Assembly: GCA_964600575.1 (NCBI GenBank)
Contig: CAZRJH010000003.1
Coordinates: 17,640 to 81,639 of the forward strand
DNA length: 64,000 bases
Source of the DNA: an uncultured Gammaproteobacteria bacterium
Lineage (GTDB): Bacteria; Patescibacteriota; Microgenomatia; UBA8517
Direction of reading: 5' to 3'
Below, piece after piece: positions 29,792 through 38,029 of the stretch; the first letter of the stretch is position 1, and the number at the start of each line of letters is the position of its first letter. The notes under the pieces were generated by a model. The model made no database searches, was not told the DNA's origin, and worked only from the letters and a program-made list of their open reading frames with translations. The position numbers were made by a program, and so were the translations under genes.

Positions 29792-29807
29792 GTTAGGAGA
29801 GAATATC

Positions 29808-30494
29808 ATGAACCTTTTAACAATCGGATTTGCAGTGACCGGCCTTCTGGCCGCATTCTCGTTCATTGGCTCGAACCTCCGGGGAACTTTCCTGGAATCG
29901 GACGGTGACGGTTTGCAACCTTTGGGCTGGGGAGCGGTGTTTTACTTCCTGAGCTTTGCCGTGGCACCACTTGATGTGGCCGCCGGCTACTTGCTCAGTG
30001 GACTCGGAATGCTGTTTGTGGTCTACGGACTTTTTGTCCTCATTCCGGACCCGATCACCGACTTCCTTCTGCACCCTGTCGCAGGCATCGTCTACGCTTT
30101 GGTCGCCGCGGTTATTTTCCTTTCAACCCCGCATGCCATGGCATTGACAGCCGGATATGTTCTGCGCCTGACCCTGCCGACCTCCGCCGCCGCTATTCTG
30201 GCAACCTTCGCCGCCCTTTCGCTTACAACCTCGTCCTTCAAGGACAAGCTTGAACAGCAGGTTGGTGGTGTTGTTTTGCTTTTGGCTGGCATCGTGTTCG
30301 GCATCCTGGCACCCTTTGCAGGGACCGTTATTCTCGCAGTGACTGCGGCCGGGCTCGGCGGACTTCTGTTCGCATTGGGCTTATTGGTCGCCATTGACGA
30401 CGACACGGTCGAGCGTTTCTTGACCCCTGCGGGTCTTATCGCCTATTTGCCCCTTCTGGGATTGGCGGTATACATCGCTCGCATGCTGTTCTAA
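29808..30494 (+). CDS. Polytopic membrane protein with internal two-fold repeat
   Basis: SD AGGAG; GLGMLFVVYGLFVLIPDPITDFLLHP vs GLGGLLFALGLLVAIDDDTVERFLTP. Confidence 0.7.
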   Translation: MNLLTIGFAVTGLLAAFSFIGSNLRGTFLESDGDGLQPLGWGAVFYFLSFAVAPLDVAAGYLLSGLGMLFVVYGLFVLIPDPITDFLLHPVAGIVYALVAAVIFLSTPHAMALTAGYVLRLTLPTSAAAILATFAALSLTTSSFKDKLEQQVGGVVLLLAGIVFGILAPFAGTVILAVTAAGLGGLLFALGLLVAIDDDTVERFLTPAGLIAYLPLLGLAVYIARMLF

Positions 30495-30529
30495 CAAACA
30501 GCCCTCGCAAGTATATTCTTGGTTTTAAC

Positions 30530-30561
30530 GGGAGACCGACATCAAAAAATGTCGGTCTCCC
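30530..30561 (+). terminator. Strong hairpin ending module unit 1
   Basis: GGGAGACCGACAT/ATGTCGGTCTCCC perfect 13-bp stem; weak U-tract. Confidence 0.65.
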
Positions 30562-30588
30562 TGCACTACTTCTTTTAACTTCTTAAAA

Positions 30589-30617
30589 TTGACTTCAATA
30601 ATCTAAAAATATAAACT
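30589..30617 (+). promoter_or_regulatory. Sigma70-type promoter of module unit 2
   Basis: TTGACT-17 nt-TAAACT. Confidence 0.6.
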
Positions 30618-30669
30618 TCACGCGTTAGTTTTTTCCAATTTGTACATTTAAATATTTCAAAAGCACTTT

Positions 30670-30728
30670 TTGGAGACTTGAAAGATGGACCGACTTTTGG
30701 GTCGATCAGTCATAAAGTCTCCAAGGAG
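30670..30728 (+). promoter_or_regulatory. Long leader hairpin abutting the SD
   Basis: TTGGAGACTT/AAGTCTCCAA 10-bp stem with inner CGAC/GTCG, directly followed by GGAG and ATG 30734. Confidence 0.55.
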
Positions 30729-30733
30729 AAACA

Positions 30734-31327
30734 ATGAATTCCAACAAATGGTTCAATCTTGTTTGTCTGGTTGTAACGGTGATTGCCGTTATTGCGGCAT
30801 GTAGCCCCAACGATCAGGCAAGGCAACACGCAAATCAGGCGAACTTGGAATATGCACCGTACGCAATCCAAAACTTCATTGATCAGCGCAACTATAGTTG
30901 GCGTCTGGAAATGAGCGACGATCCGTCGACGATTTTGTGGTGTACGATTTTCCCAGTAACACCGGGTGTTAAGCCAATGACCCTTCCGATCACAGGCAAG
31001 CTCACCTCAAGCGGCAAGCGACCCTTCTCGGGTGATTCAACCTTGCAGGTTGATGATCAGGCTATGTATGGTAGTTCTACAGAATACCGCTACGGCTTTG
31101 GTCCTACAGGCAAAGCAGAGTATTACGATATTACGGGCATGGACACGCTTTGCACCACTCAGCCTTTGGTTTGGCAGTCGCAGTTGACTGTTTTGATTCA
31201 ATCCAAGGACAATACGCTCCTGGCTGCATCCCAACAGGCACATGACCTTTTGGTCCAAGGACGCGGCGCGGAAGCCCAAGCTGTATTGGATGCCGCAATG
31301 GCACAAGCACAAGGAGTTTTACCATGA
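30734..31327 (+). CDS. Lipoprotein of unknown function
   Basis: Lipobox IAAC; SD AAGGAG; motif GKLTSSGKR...YGSS. Confidence 0.75.
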   Translation: MNSNKWFNLVCLVVTVIAVIAACSPNDQARQHANQANLEYAPYAIQNFIDQRNYSWRLEMSDDPSTILWCTIFPVTPGVKPMTLPITGKLTSSGKRPFSGDSTLQVDDQAMYGSSTEYRYGFGPTGKAEYYDITGMDTLCTTQPLVWQSQLTVLIQSKDNTLLAASQQAHDLLVQGRGAEAQAVLDAAMAQAQGVLP

Positions 31328-31743
31328 GCACCAAAAAGTTCATCCTCTATGCGATTCTCGTGATTTTTGCTTTCGCCGCGCTCGACCTGGCCCTCGGCTG
31401 GGGACTTCTGCCTTTTGAGAAGGCATCGGTCGCCAATGTGGAGAAGCAATTCACCTGGGGTTACGAGCAAATGGGAGCTTTGGAAACCACAGCCCGTTCG
31501 GTCTGTACGGCCCAAAAAGCCTACGACATGGAAACGGACAAGGATTACAAAGCACAGCGTCTCTCTCAGCTTACGGGTTATCAGTCCAACTATAACCGTT
31601 TGCAGGGTGAATACGATGCCTGGGCCGCCAATATCTTTACGGGTAAAGTAGTCCGGCCTTCGGATCTTCCCGAAAGGGCGCCCAACCTCGATCAGATGAT
31701 GGCCAAGCTTTGTCCGCCTTCAACTCCGACACCGGCTCCATAA
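31324..31743 (+). CDS. Single-TM helical protein of unknown function
   Basis: ATGA overlap with upstream gene; N-terminal TM; YNRLQGEYDA...DLPERAP; Pro/Thr tail. Confidence 0.75.
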   Translation: MSTKKFILYAILVIFAFAALDLALGWGLLPFEKASVANVEKQFTWGYEQMGALETTARSVCTAQKAYDMETDKDYKAQRLSQLTGYQSNYNRLQGEYDAWAANIFTGKVVRPSDLPERAPNLDQMMAKLCPPSTPTPAP

Positions 31744-31784
31744 CCAAAATCGCGATTTCAAAAGCTTTTGAAGTTTAAAAAAAA

Positions 31785-31830
31785 CGGGACCGGCGGTCTT
31801 TTGCTTTTAGCAGACAGACTTCCGGTCCCG
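31785..31830 (+). terminator. Long hairpin ending module unit 2
   Basis: CGGGACCGG/CCGGTCCCG stem with nested GTCT/AGAC and TGCT/AGCA pairs. Confidence 0.6.
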
Positions 31831-31843
31831 ATCTATTTCTCCA

Positions 31844-31879
31844 CAAAAAATCCCCGTCCATGAAATTCACGAACGGGGA
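31844..31879 (-). terminator. Terminator of the 31893-32246 gene
   Basis: TCCCCGT/ACGGGGA stem with A6 on the + strand. Confidence 0.55.
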
Positions 31880-31892
31880 AAAACCCGGAAAT

Positions 31893-32246
31893 TTAGTTGA
31901 ACATTGCGTCGTTGGCGTCTAAACCAAAGATTGTCGCAACTGCGACAACGATCGCCGGTGCTATGTAGGTTGCAAGGACAAAAAGCAGCAACGCCTCGAT
32001 TATCTGGCCTGTGATCCAGAGCACTGCACCAATTAGTCCCAGAATCCATATCGAGCTAAAGACATTGGCGAAATAAGCCATGATTCCTGCCCAAAATACC
32101 AGGCTAACCACATCAAGTGGTTCAGCTGGGAAAAAGGCGCTCAGAGCAATAAGAATCACAACCACTTTCATCAGTGTCGAGAGGTTTTTGAAGACTGCAA
32201 AAGGCCAATCATTCAAATTGTCGAACAGATCTGTCAACTGTGACAT
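31893..32246 (-). CDS. Small hydrophobic membrane protein
   Basis: Several TM segments; AAGGAG SD before ATG. Confidence 0.65.
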   Translation of the reverse strand: MSQLTDLFDNLNDWPFAVFKNLSTLMKVVVILIALSAFFPAEPLDVVSLVFWAGIMAYFANVFSSIWILGLIGAVLWITGQIIEALLLFVLATYIAPAIVVAVATIFGLDANDAMFN

Positions 32247-32334
32247 GTAGTCTCCTTAAGGTACAAACGGTTCGAGAGTGAATTTTAACACATTGTTACA
32301 CATTGCCCGTATTTTTGGGTTATACTTGGCATAT

Positions 32335-33417
32335 ATGCAGGAAATAAAACAAAAAATAGCCGAACTTTTGACTCGTTTGGCAGATCTTACCAACGCACTC
32401 AACATTCCCGAAAAAAAACAAAAAATTGACAACCTTACAGTTAAAGCGGCCGATCCGAATCTTTGGAACAATCAGGAAGAGGCAAGAAATGTTACTCAGG
32501 AACTTTCCGACCTAAAAAAGGAATTGGATGAAGTTTTGGAGCTTACACAAAACTTGGAAATAATTAAAGTTCTTTCAGAAGACTCGTCCGAAGAAGCAAG
32601 TTTACAATCCGAAGTCTCAAAGGCCGAAAAGTTTATGGAAAAGCTGGAGCTTAAGTCATTTTTGTCGGGAGAATACGACGGCAAAAATGCAATTCTTTCT
32701 ATACACGCGGGCCAGGGTGGGACCGAAGCAATGGATTGGTCGAATATGATTTATAGAATGTATACCCGTTTTTGTGAAATTAGGGATTGGAAAACACAAG
32801 TTTTGGAATATTCAGCAGGGGAAGAAGCGGGTATTAAAAGCGTAACAATAAAAGTAATAGGCCATTATGCTTACGGATATTTAAAAGGCGAGGCAGGTAC
32901 CCACAGGCTTGTTAGACAATCTCCTTTTAACGCGGACAAACTTCGTCAAACCTCTTTTGCACTGGTGGAGGTAATGCCCGAACTGTCCGATGTTGATCTT
33001 CGTGATATAGAAATCAAAGAAGACGATCTTGATTGGCAATTTATTCACGCAGGCGGACACGGAGGCCAAAACGTAAATAAAGTTGCAACTGCGGTTCGTT
33101 TAACTCATATTCCTTCGGGTATTGTTATAACTGCATCCACCGAAAGGTTTCAGGAACAAAACAGAAAGATTGCCTTGGACTTACTTCGCGGAAAACTTTG
33201 GCTTATGCAACAGGAAATTGCCAAAGGTCTCAAAAAAGAACTCAAAGGAGATTACAGGCCCGCATCCTGGGGAACTCAAATCAGAAGCTACGTACTTCAT
33301 CCTTATAAAATGGTTAAAGACTTAAGAACTGATGTAGAAACGGGTAATACCGAGGCTGTGTTGGATGGCGAGATAGATGAATTTATAGACGCCGAGCTAA
33401 AAAACACTTCCGCCTAA
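32335..33417 (+). CDS. prfB: Peptide chain release factor 2 (no programmed frameshift)
   Basis: SPF tripeptide (RQSPFNA), GGHGGQNVNK, WGTQIRSYVLHPY; continuous ORF; start likely MQEIKQK. Confidence 0.97.
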   Translation: MQEIKQKIAELLTRLADLTNALNIPEKKQKIDNLTVKAADPNLWNNQEEARNVTQELSDLKKELDEVLELTQNLEIIKVLSEDSSEEASLQSEVSKAEKFMEKLELKSFLSGEYDGKNAILSIHAGQGGTEAMDWSNMIYRMYTRFCEIRDWKTQVLEYSAGEEAGIKSVTIKVIGHYAYGYLKGEAGTHRLVRQSPFNADKLRQTSFALVEVMPELSDVDLRDIEIKEDDLDWQFIHAGGHGGQNVNKVATAVRLTHIPSGIVITASTERFQEQNRKIALDLLRGKLWLMQQEIAKGLKKELKGDYRPASWGTQIRSYVLHPYKMVKDLRTDVETGNTEAVLDGEIDEFIDAELKNTSA

Positions 33418-33461
33418 AAACTATATTTGCCAACGTATAACTCATTTGATATATTGAATCC

Positions 33462-33926
33462 ATGCAACAAATATCTCCAAATTTGGGTGGAGTTCAAAAG
33501 CAAGTTTCAAAAGCGGTAAGTAACTTTGATTTCAAAAAACAATGGATGTATGTGGTAGGCGCACTTTTAGTTGTTTTGGCAGGTGTCGGAGCAGCCACAT
33601 TTATTAATCAAAAATTATTGGGAGGTACAACCGATACAAAAGTTGCAGCACCGGGCGCTAAAGTAAGTTCTACAGAGGCGGGAATGTTGGATGCAAACAC
33701 AAAATACGACGAAGCAACTGGAGATCTTAAAGATGGCGGAATAGGCAACGAAGGCACACACCACTTGGAACGAGAGGGTGGCCCTAGTAAATATGTTTAC
33801 CTAACTTCAAGCGTAATAGATCTTCAAAGTTATGTCGGCAAAAAAGTACAAGTATGGGGGCAGACACTTGCTTCCAAAAAAGCCGGCTGGATGATGGATG
33901 TCTCCAAAATAAAAGTAGTGCAATAA
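33462..33926 (+). CDS. Hypothetical single-TM protein
   Basis: N-terminal TM, beta-rich C-terminal domain; -10 6 nt before ATG. Confidence 0.7.
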   Translation: MQQISPNLGGVQKQVSKAVSNFDFKKQWMYVVGALLVVLAGVGAATFINQKLLGGTTDTKVAAPGAKVSSTEAGMLDANTKYDEATGDLKDGGIGNEGTHHLEREGGPSKYVYLTSSVIDLQSYVGKKVQVWGQTLASKKAGWMMDVSKIKVVQ

Positions 33927-33981
33927 TTTTAGGTTTCGGGGTGGAAATTATGCTTTTCACTTGGTATTGTAAATTCTGCTA

Positions 33982-34659
33982 ATGACTGAAGAAAAAAAAG
34001 AAATGGTCTTATTTAAAAACGTTACAAAACGTTTTGGTTCCGTTACAGCAGTTCACGATATAGATTTTCAGGTTAAAAAAGGCGAATTTGTTTTTCTCAC
34101 TGGTCCGTCAGGAGCAGGCAAAACTACAATTCTTAAAATGATTTTGGGTGAATATGCTCCCAGTAGCGGCCAAATTGTAGTAGACGGACAAAATGTCCAC
34201 AATCTTAAATCTTCCGAAATTCCACATTATCGTCAAAAAATAGGGACAGTTTTTCAGGATTTTAAAATTCTTCCCGAGCGAACGGTCGGGGAAAATGTGG
34301 AAGTTGCGCTTGCAGTTATTGGACTTCCCGAAAGCAGCTGGCAAGATCGGGTAATGCATGTTCTAAAACTCGTAGGGTTAGGTAAAAGCGTCAATATGTT
34401 TCCTTCCCAGCTTTCTGGCGGGGAACTTCAAAGAGTCTCTTTGGCAAGGGCACTTTCGGTTAATCCAAAACTTCTTTTGGCGGATGAGCCAACAGGGAAT
34501 CTAGACTGGGAAACTTCCGATAATATGATGGATTTATTCGAAAAAATTTGCGGAGAAGGAAAAACAATAATTATGGCTACTCACAACATGGAGATTGTCA
34601 AAAAGTATAAAAAACGGGTAATTCATATAGTTGGTGGTAATATAGATTCTAAATCCTGA
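33982..34659 (+). CDS. ftsE: Cell division ABC ATPase FtsE
   Basis: GPSGAGKT, VFQDFKIL, LSGGELQRV, ADEPTGNLD; precedes ftsX. Confidence 0.93.
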   Translation: MTEEKKEMVLFKNVTKRFGSVTAVHDIDFQVKKGEFVFLTGPSGAGKTTILKMILGEYAPSSGQIVVDGQNVHNLKSSEIPHYRQKIGTVFQDFKILPERTVGENVEVALAVIGLPESSWQDRVMHVLKLVGLGKSVNMFPSQLSGGELQRVSLARALSVNPKLLLADEPTGNLDWETSDNMMDLFEKICGEGKTIIMATHNMEIVKKYKKRVIHIVGGNIDSKS

Positions 34660-34660
34660 C

Positions 34661-35578
34661 ATGGCAAATATTCACTTTAAAACAGCACTGGGATATGTAA
34701 GAAGATCACCGTTTCAGGCAATGGCTGCAATTTCGGTTTTAACCCTTACTTTTTTTGTGGCCACTTTGGTTTCGGTCCTAGTCTATTCGTCTTCAAAATT
34801 AATATCTTATTTCGAAACAAGGCCTCAAGTTATTGCTTTTCTTAAAAGTGATGCAAAAGAAGACGAGATAGCCTCTTTGCAACACAAACTCCAATCGGAC
34901 TCAAGAGTAAAAGAAGTTAAGTATGTGAGCAAAGAAGAAGCTCTATCTATTTACAAAACCGCAACCAGCGACAACCCGCTACTGGGGCAACTCGTAAGTC
35001 CCTCAATTTTTCCGGCATCTTTGGAGTTTTCGGTGGCGGACCTTAACTTTGCACAAAAAGTTATAGAAGAAGTAAAAAGCGAAAGTGTTGTTGATTCCGT
35101 CGGCTTTACCGCCGCTTTGGGCGGGGAAACAAGTCTTAAAGATGTTGTTTCCAGACTAAAAACTATTACTTCTTATGTAAAGATCGGGGGAATTTCCTTT
35201 GTCGGAATTCTCGGGCTAACGTCATTTGTCGTTCTTTTGATAATTATTAGCCTTAGGATGACGACACGGCGCGACGAGGTAGAAATATTAAATTTAATTG
35301 GTGCAACCAGCGGATTTATCAGAAGCCCGATTATTATAGAAGCAATTGTCTATGCCGGCTTGGGGGTATTTTTAGGTTGGGCAACAACCTTTATAGCAGT
35401 ACTTTATTTTGCCCCTTCGGCTGTAACATATTTTGGCGAAATTCCGGTATTACCAAAAGACGCTCTTGGAATATTCCAACTCTTTGGAATTATTCTCGCG
35501 GTAGAGCTTGCCGCAGGTTTTATGCTCGCTCTTTCAGGGAGTCTTCTTGCCGTTTCCAGAGTCAAGAAAGCAAAATGA
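34661..35578 (+). CDS. ftsX: Cell division permease FtsX
   Basis: YVSKEEAL, RRDEVEILNLIGAT, FIRSPIIIEA; four TMs. Confidence 0.92.
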   Translation: MANIHFKTALGYVRRSPFQAMAAISVLTLTFFVATLVSVLVYSSSKLISYFETRPQVIAFLKSDAKEDEIASLQHKLQSDSRVKEVKYVSKEEALSIYKTATSDNPLLGQLVSPSIFPASLEFSVADLNFAQKVIEEVKSESVVDSVGFTAALGGETSLKDVVSRLKTITSYVKIGGISFVGILGLTSFVVLLIIISLRMTTRRDEVEILNLIGATSGFIRSPIIIEAIVYAGLGVFLGWATTFIAVLYFAPSAVTYFGEIPVLPKDALGIFQLFGIILAVELAAGFMLALSGSLLAVSRVKKAK

Positions 35579-36759
35579 CATTAAAACTAAATGGAACAAA
35601 GATATTCATCTTTATACTCGGCCTAGTAATTTTTTTGGGCCTGGCTTCTTATTCAGTAATTTCGGCAGACGACTGTGACAACATCCCCGCCGACAAAGAC
35701 CACATAACTCAAAAGATTCAGTGTTTAACGGGAAAGATAGGCCAACTTAACTCGCAATCTATCACGCTTAAAAACCAGATCTCTCAGTTTGATGCTCAAA
35801 TAAAACTTACAACATTAAAAATTACGGACACGCAAAACAAAATCGAACTTCTAGGGGGAAGAATCGATCAACTAGAGGTTTCCATGAACGACTTGTCTAA
35901 AGCTTTTTCGGGAAGAGCTATCGAAACATATAAAATGTCCAGATTTGCCGAAAGTGTAATGTTTATAATGACTGCGAACGATTTAACCCGTGCTGTCTCA
36001 AGGTATCATTATCTCCAAAAAATTCAGGAAGCCGACAGAAGCTTACTTACAAGACTTCAAGAAACGCAAACAATGTATCAAGGCCAAAAGACAGATCAGG
36101 AGAGTCTGCAAAAACAACTCAAAGATCAACAAACAAATCTTAATTCACAAAAGGTTGCTAAAGCCAGGCTCCTTAAAGACACTCAAAATAGTGAAGTTAA
36201 ATATCAACAGCTTTTAGCCGAGGCAAAAGCCGAGTACGAGGCTATTCAGGGAATTCTTGCAGGCAAAGGAAAAGAAACAGAGGTGGGTAAGGTGAGTGCA
36301 GGTGAAAAAATTGCAAGCATTATTCAAGGCCCTTCTTGTAACTCGGGGGGAACACATTTGCACTTTACCGTTAGCCAGGGCGGGGTTACTCAAAATCCTT
36401 TTAATTACCTTAAAGGCGGAATCGAATATTCAAACTGTTCGGGGTCGAGTTGTGGTTCGAGCGACGGAGATAGTTTTAATCCAAGCGGCTCATGGGATTG
36501 GCCTATAAACGCTAAAATCCAGTTTAACCAAGGTTACGGTTCCACCTGGGCAACCAGAAACACCTATGTAGGAAGAATCTATAGCGCCCATAACGGTATA
36601 GACATCAATAGTTCCTCTCCTGATGTAAAATCCGTCAAAGGGGGGACTCTGTTTAGGGGTAGTTATGTAGGGGGCGGCGGGTGCTCGCTTAGATATGTTA
36701 GAGTTAGGAACGACGACGGCTTGGACCAATTCTATCTCCATGTAAATTACGTTTTATAA
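35575..36759 (+). CDS. EnvC/CwlO-like coiled-coil protein with circularly permuted M23 peptidase domain
   Basis: Signal/TM, long coiled coil, GTHLHFTV precedes HNGID and YLHV; ATGA overlap with ftsX. Confidence 0.8.
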   Translation: MTLKLNGTKIFIFILGLVIFLGLASYSVISADDCDNIPADKDHITQKIQCLTGKIGQLNSQSITLKNQISQFDAQIKLTTLKITDTQNKIELLGGRIDQLEVSMNDLSKAFSGRAIETYKMSRFAESVMFIMTANDLTRAVSRYHYLQKIQEADRSLLTRLQETQTMYQGQKTDQESLQKQLKDQQTNLNSQKVAKARLLKDTQNSEVKYQQLLAEAKAEYEAIQGILAGKGKETEVGKVSAGEKIASIIQGPSCNSGGTHLHFTVSQGGVTQNPFNYLKGGIEYSNCSGSSCGSSDGDSFNPSGSWDWPINAKIQFNQGYGSTWATRNTYVGRIYSAHNGIDINSSSPDVKSVKGGTLFRGSYVGGGGCSLRYVRVRNDDGLDQFYLHVNYVL

Positions 36760-36793
36760 TTGCTTAAAACATATTTTGTTTTAATATGACTAT

Positions 36794-37585
36794 ATGAATT
36801 TTTTAAAATTTGTCAGGCTTCTACTTGTTACTGCGGTTTTGTTTGCAACAGTCGGTACAAATGTGATTCAGGCCGGTCTTGTTATAAACGAAATTTCCCC
36901 GTCAACCAATCCCGAATGGGTAGAAATTTTTAACGATAGCGGTAGCGAAGTTAATTTGGCGGGTTATCTCTTGGAAGACGGAAACAATATCACAATCGAT
37001 GATATTATTCTTTACGGATTAATTCCTGCCCATGGTTTTTTGGTGTTTACTCATGCGGAGGGCTGGTTAAATAACGACGGAGACACATTAAAATTTTATA
37101 ATAATGCCACACCCTCGGCTATTTTAGACCAATATTCTTTCGGAAGTCTCGACTCATCAAAGACTTTTGCCAAGATCCCCAACGGCGGGCCTTGGCAGAC
37201 AACATCAAATATTACAAATGGTTCATCAAACCCCACACCAACACCTGCCCCAACACCGACTCCTACTCCAACAATCTTTCCGACAACTACACCTTCACCG
37301 ACTCCTTCAAAATCTCCAACACCGACCCCTGTTAAAACAAAATCACCGACACCAAGCCCTACTCTGGAATCGCAGGTATTGTCTGCAGAAACTACTTCTT
37401 CGCCTTCTGCTCCTCAAACAGACACATCTATCGAAGTTCAAGATTCGGTAAACGATATGGATAAAAAACAGTCAAATCCCAGGAAAAATGTTATGGTAGT
37501 AGCCCTTACTCTAATGGGTTTTGGTTCCGTATTGTTTGGGGTTGGCGGTGTTGCGATATATCGAAAGTCAAAACAACCAAGTTAG
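36794..37585 (+). CDS. Lamin-tail-domain surface protein with Pro/Thr linker and C-terminal TM
   Basis: LVINEI...EWVEIFN...VNLAGYLLED...LNNDGDTL. Confidence 0.85.
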   Translation: MNFLKFVRLLLVTAVLFATVGTNVIQAGLVINEISPSTNPEWVEIFNDSGSEVNLAGYLLEDGNNITIDDIILYGLIPAHGFLVFTHAEGWLNNDGDTLKFYNNATPSAILDQYSFGSLDSSKTFAKIPNGGPWQTTSNITNGSSNPTPTPAPTPTPTPTIFPTTTPSPTPSKSPTPTPVKTKSPTPSPTLESQVLSAETTSSPSAPQTDTSIEVQDSVNDMDKKQSNPRKNVMVVALTLMGFGSVLFGVGGVAIYRKSKQPS

Positions 37586-37604
37586 GCTTTGGTATAATTT
37601 GTTA

Positions 37605-38027
37605 GTGAAAGATCAAATATTTAAAAAAGTTTATCTTTGGGCGCCACCTCTGCTTTGGATGCTTTTAATCTTCAAGTTTTCATCAGGAAGTGTTCCAACG
37701 GCTTCGGCTGTTTATTGGCAGGATTTTGCGGTTAAAAAGACGGGTCATGTTTTGCTTTTCGGCGGCCTTGCAGTTTTGTATTACAGAGCGTTGATAGGAG
37801 AAGGAATTAGTAAAAAAAGTGCCGTAATTTCGGCCATTATTGCTTCAACTATTTATGGAGCAAGCGATGAGCTTCACCAAACTTTTACCCAAGGACGAGA
37901 AGCCAAGATTAGAGATGTTTTTATAGACGGGGCCGGTGCAACCCTTTTTGGCTATCTAACCTATTTTGTATTGCCAAGATTGCCCAAAAAAATTAAAATG
38001 TTGGGCGAGAGATTCGGATTTATTTAA
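37605..38027 (+). CDS. VanZ-family membrane protein
   Basis: KKTGH, YGASDELHQTF, GREAKIRDVFID; GTG start 6 nt after TATAAT. Confidence 0.88.
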   Translation: MKDQIFKKVYLWAPPLLWMLLIFKFSSGSVPTASAVYWQDFAVKKTGHVLLFGGLAVLYYRALIGEGISKKSAVISAIIASTIYGASDELHQTFTQGREAKIRDVFIDGAGATLFGYLTYFVLPRLPKKIKMLGERFGFI

Positions 38028-38029
38028 AT

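Noticed and set aside
28844-29866. 340-aa antisense ORF over the module lipoprotein
   Set aside because: Shadow ORF of a GC-richer gene; the + strand gene has SD, lipobox and operon context
30654-31765. 11-bp direct repeat ATTTCAAAAGC flanking module unit 2
   Set aside because: Short, AT-rich, and the first copy lies inside the leader downstream of the promoter, so it is not a credible target-site duplication
26576-31830. Prophage or integrative element
   Set aside because: No integrase, terminase, capsid, tRNA target or convincing flanking att repeat
32335-32430. Programmed +1 frameshift in prfB
   Set aside because: Reading frame is continuous and no CTT-TGA site is present; loss of the frameshift is common
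35377-35574. N-terminal extension of the M23 ORF from the ORF track
   Set aside because: Overlaps ftsX; ATG 35575 gives ATGA coupling and a signal sequence
37228-37365. CRISPR-like or tandem DNA repeat
   Set aside because: Coding Pro/Thr low-complexity linker with synonymous variation, not repeat-spacer structure
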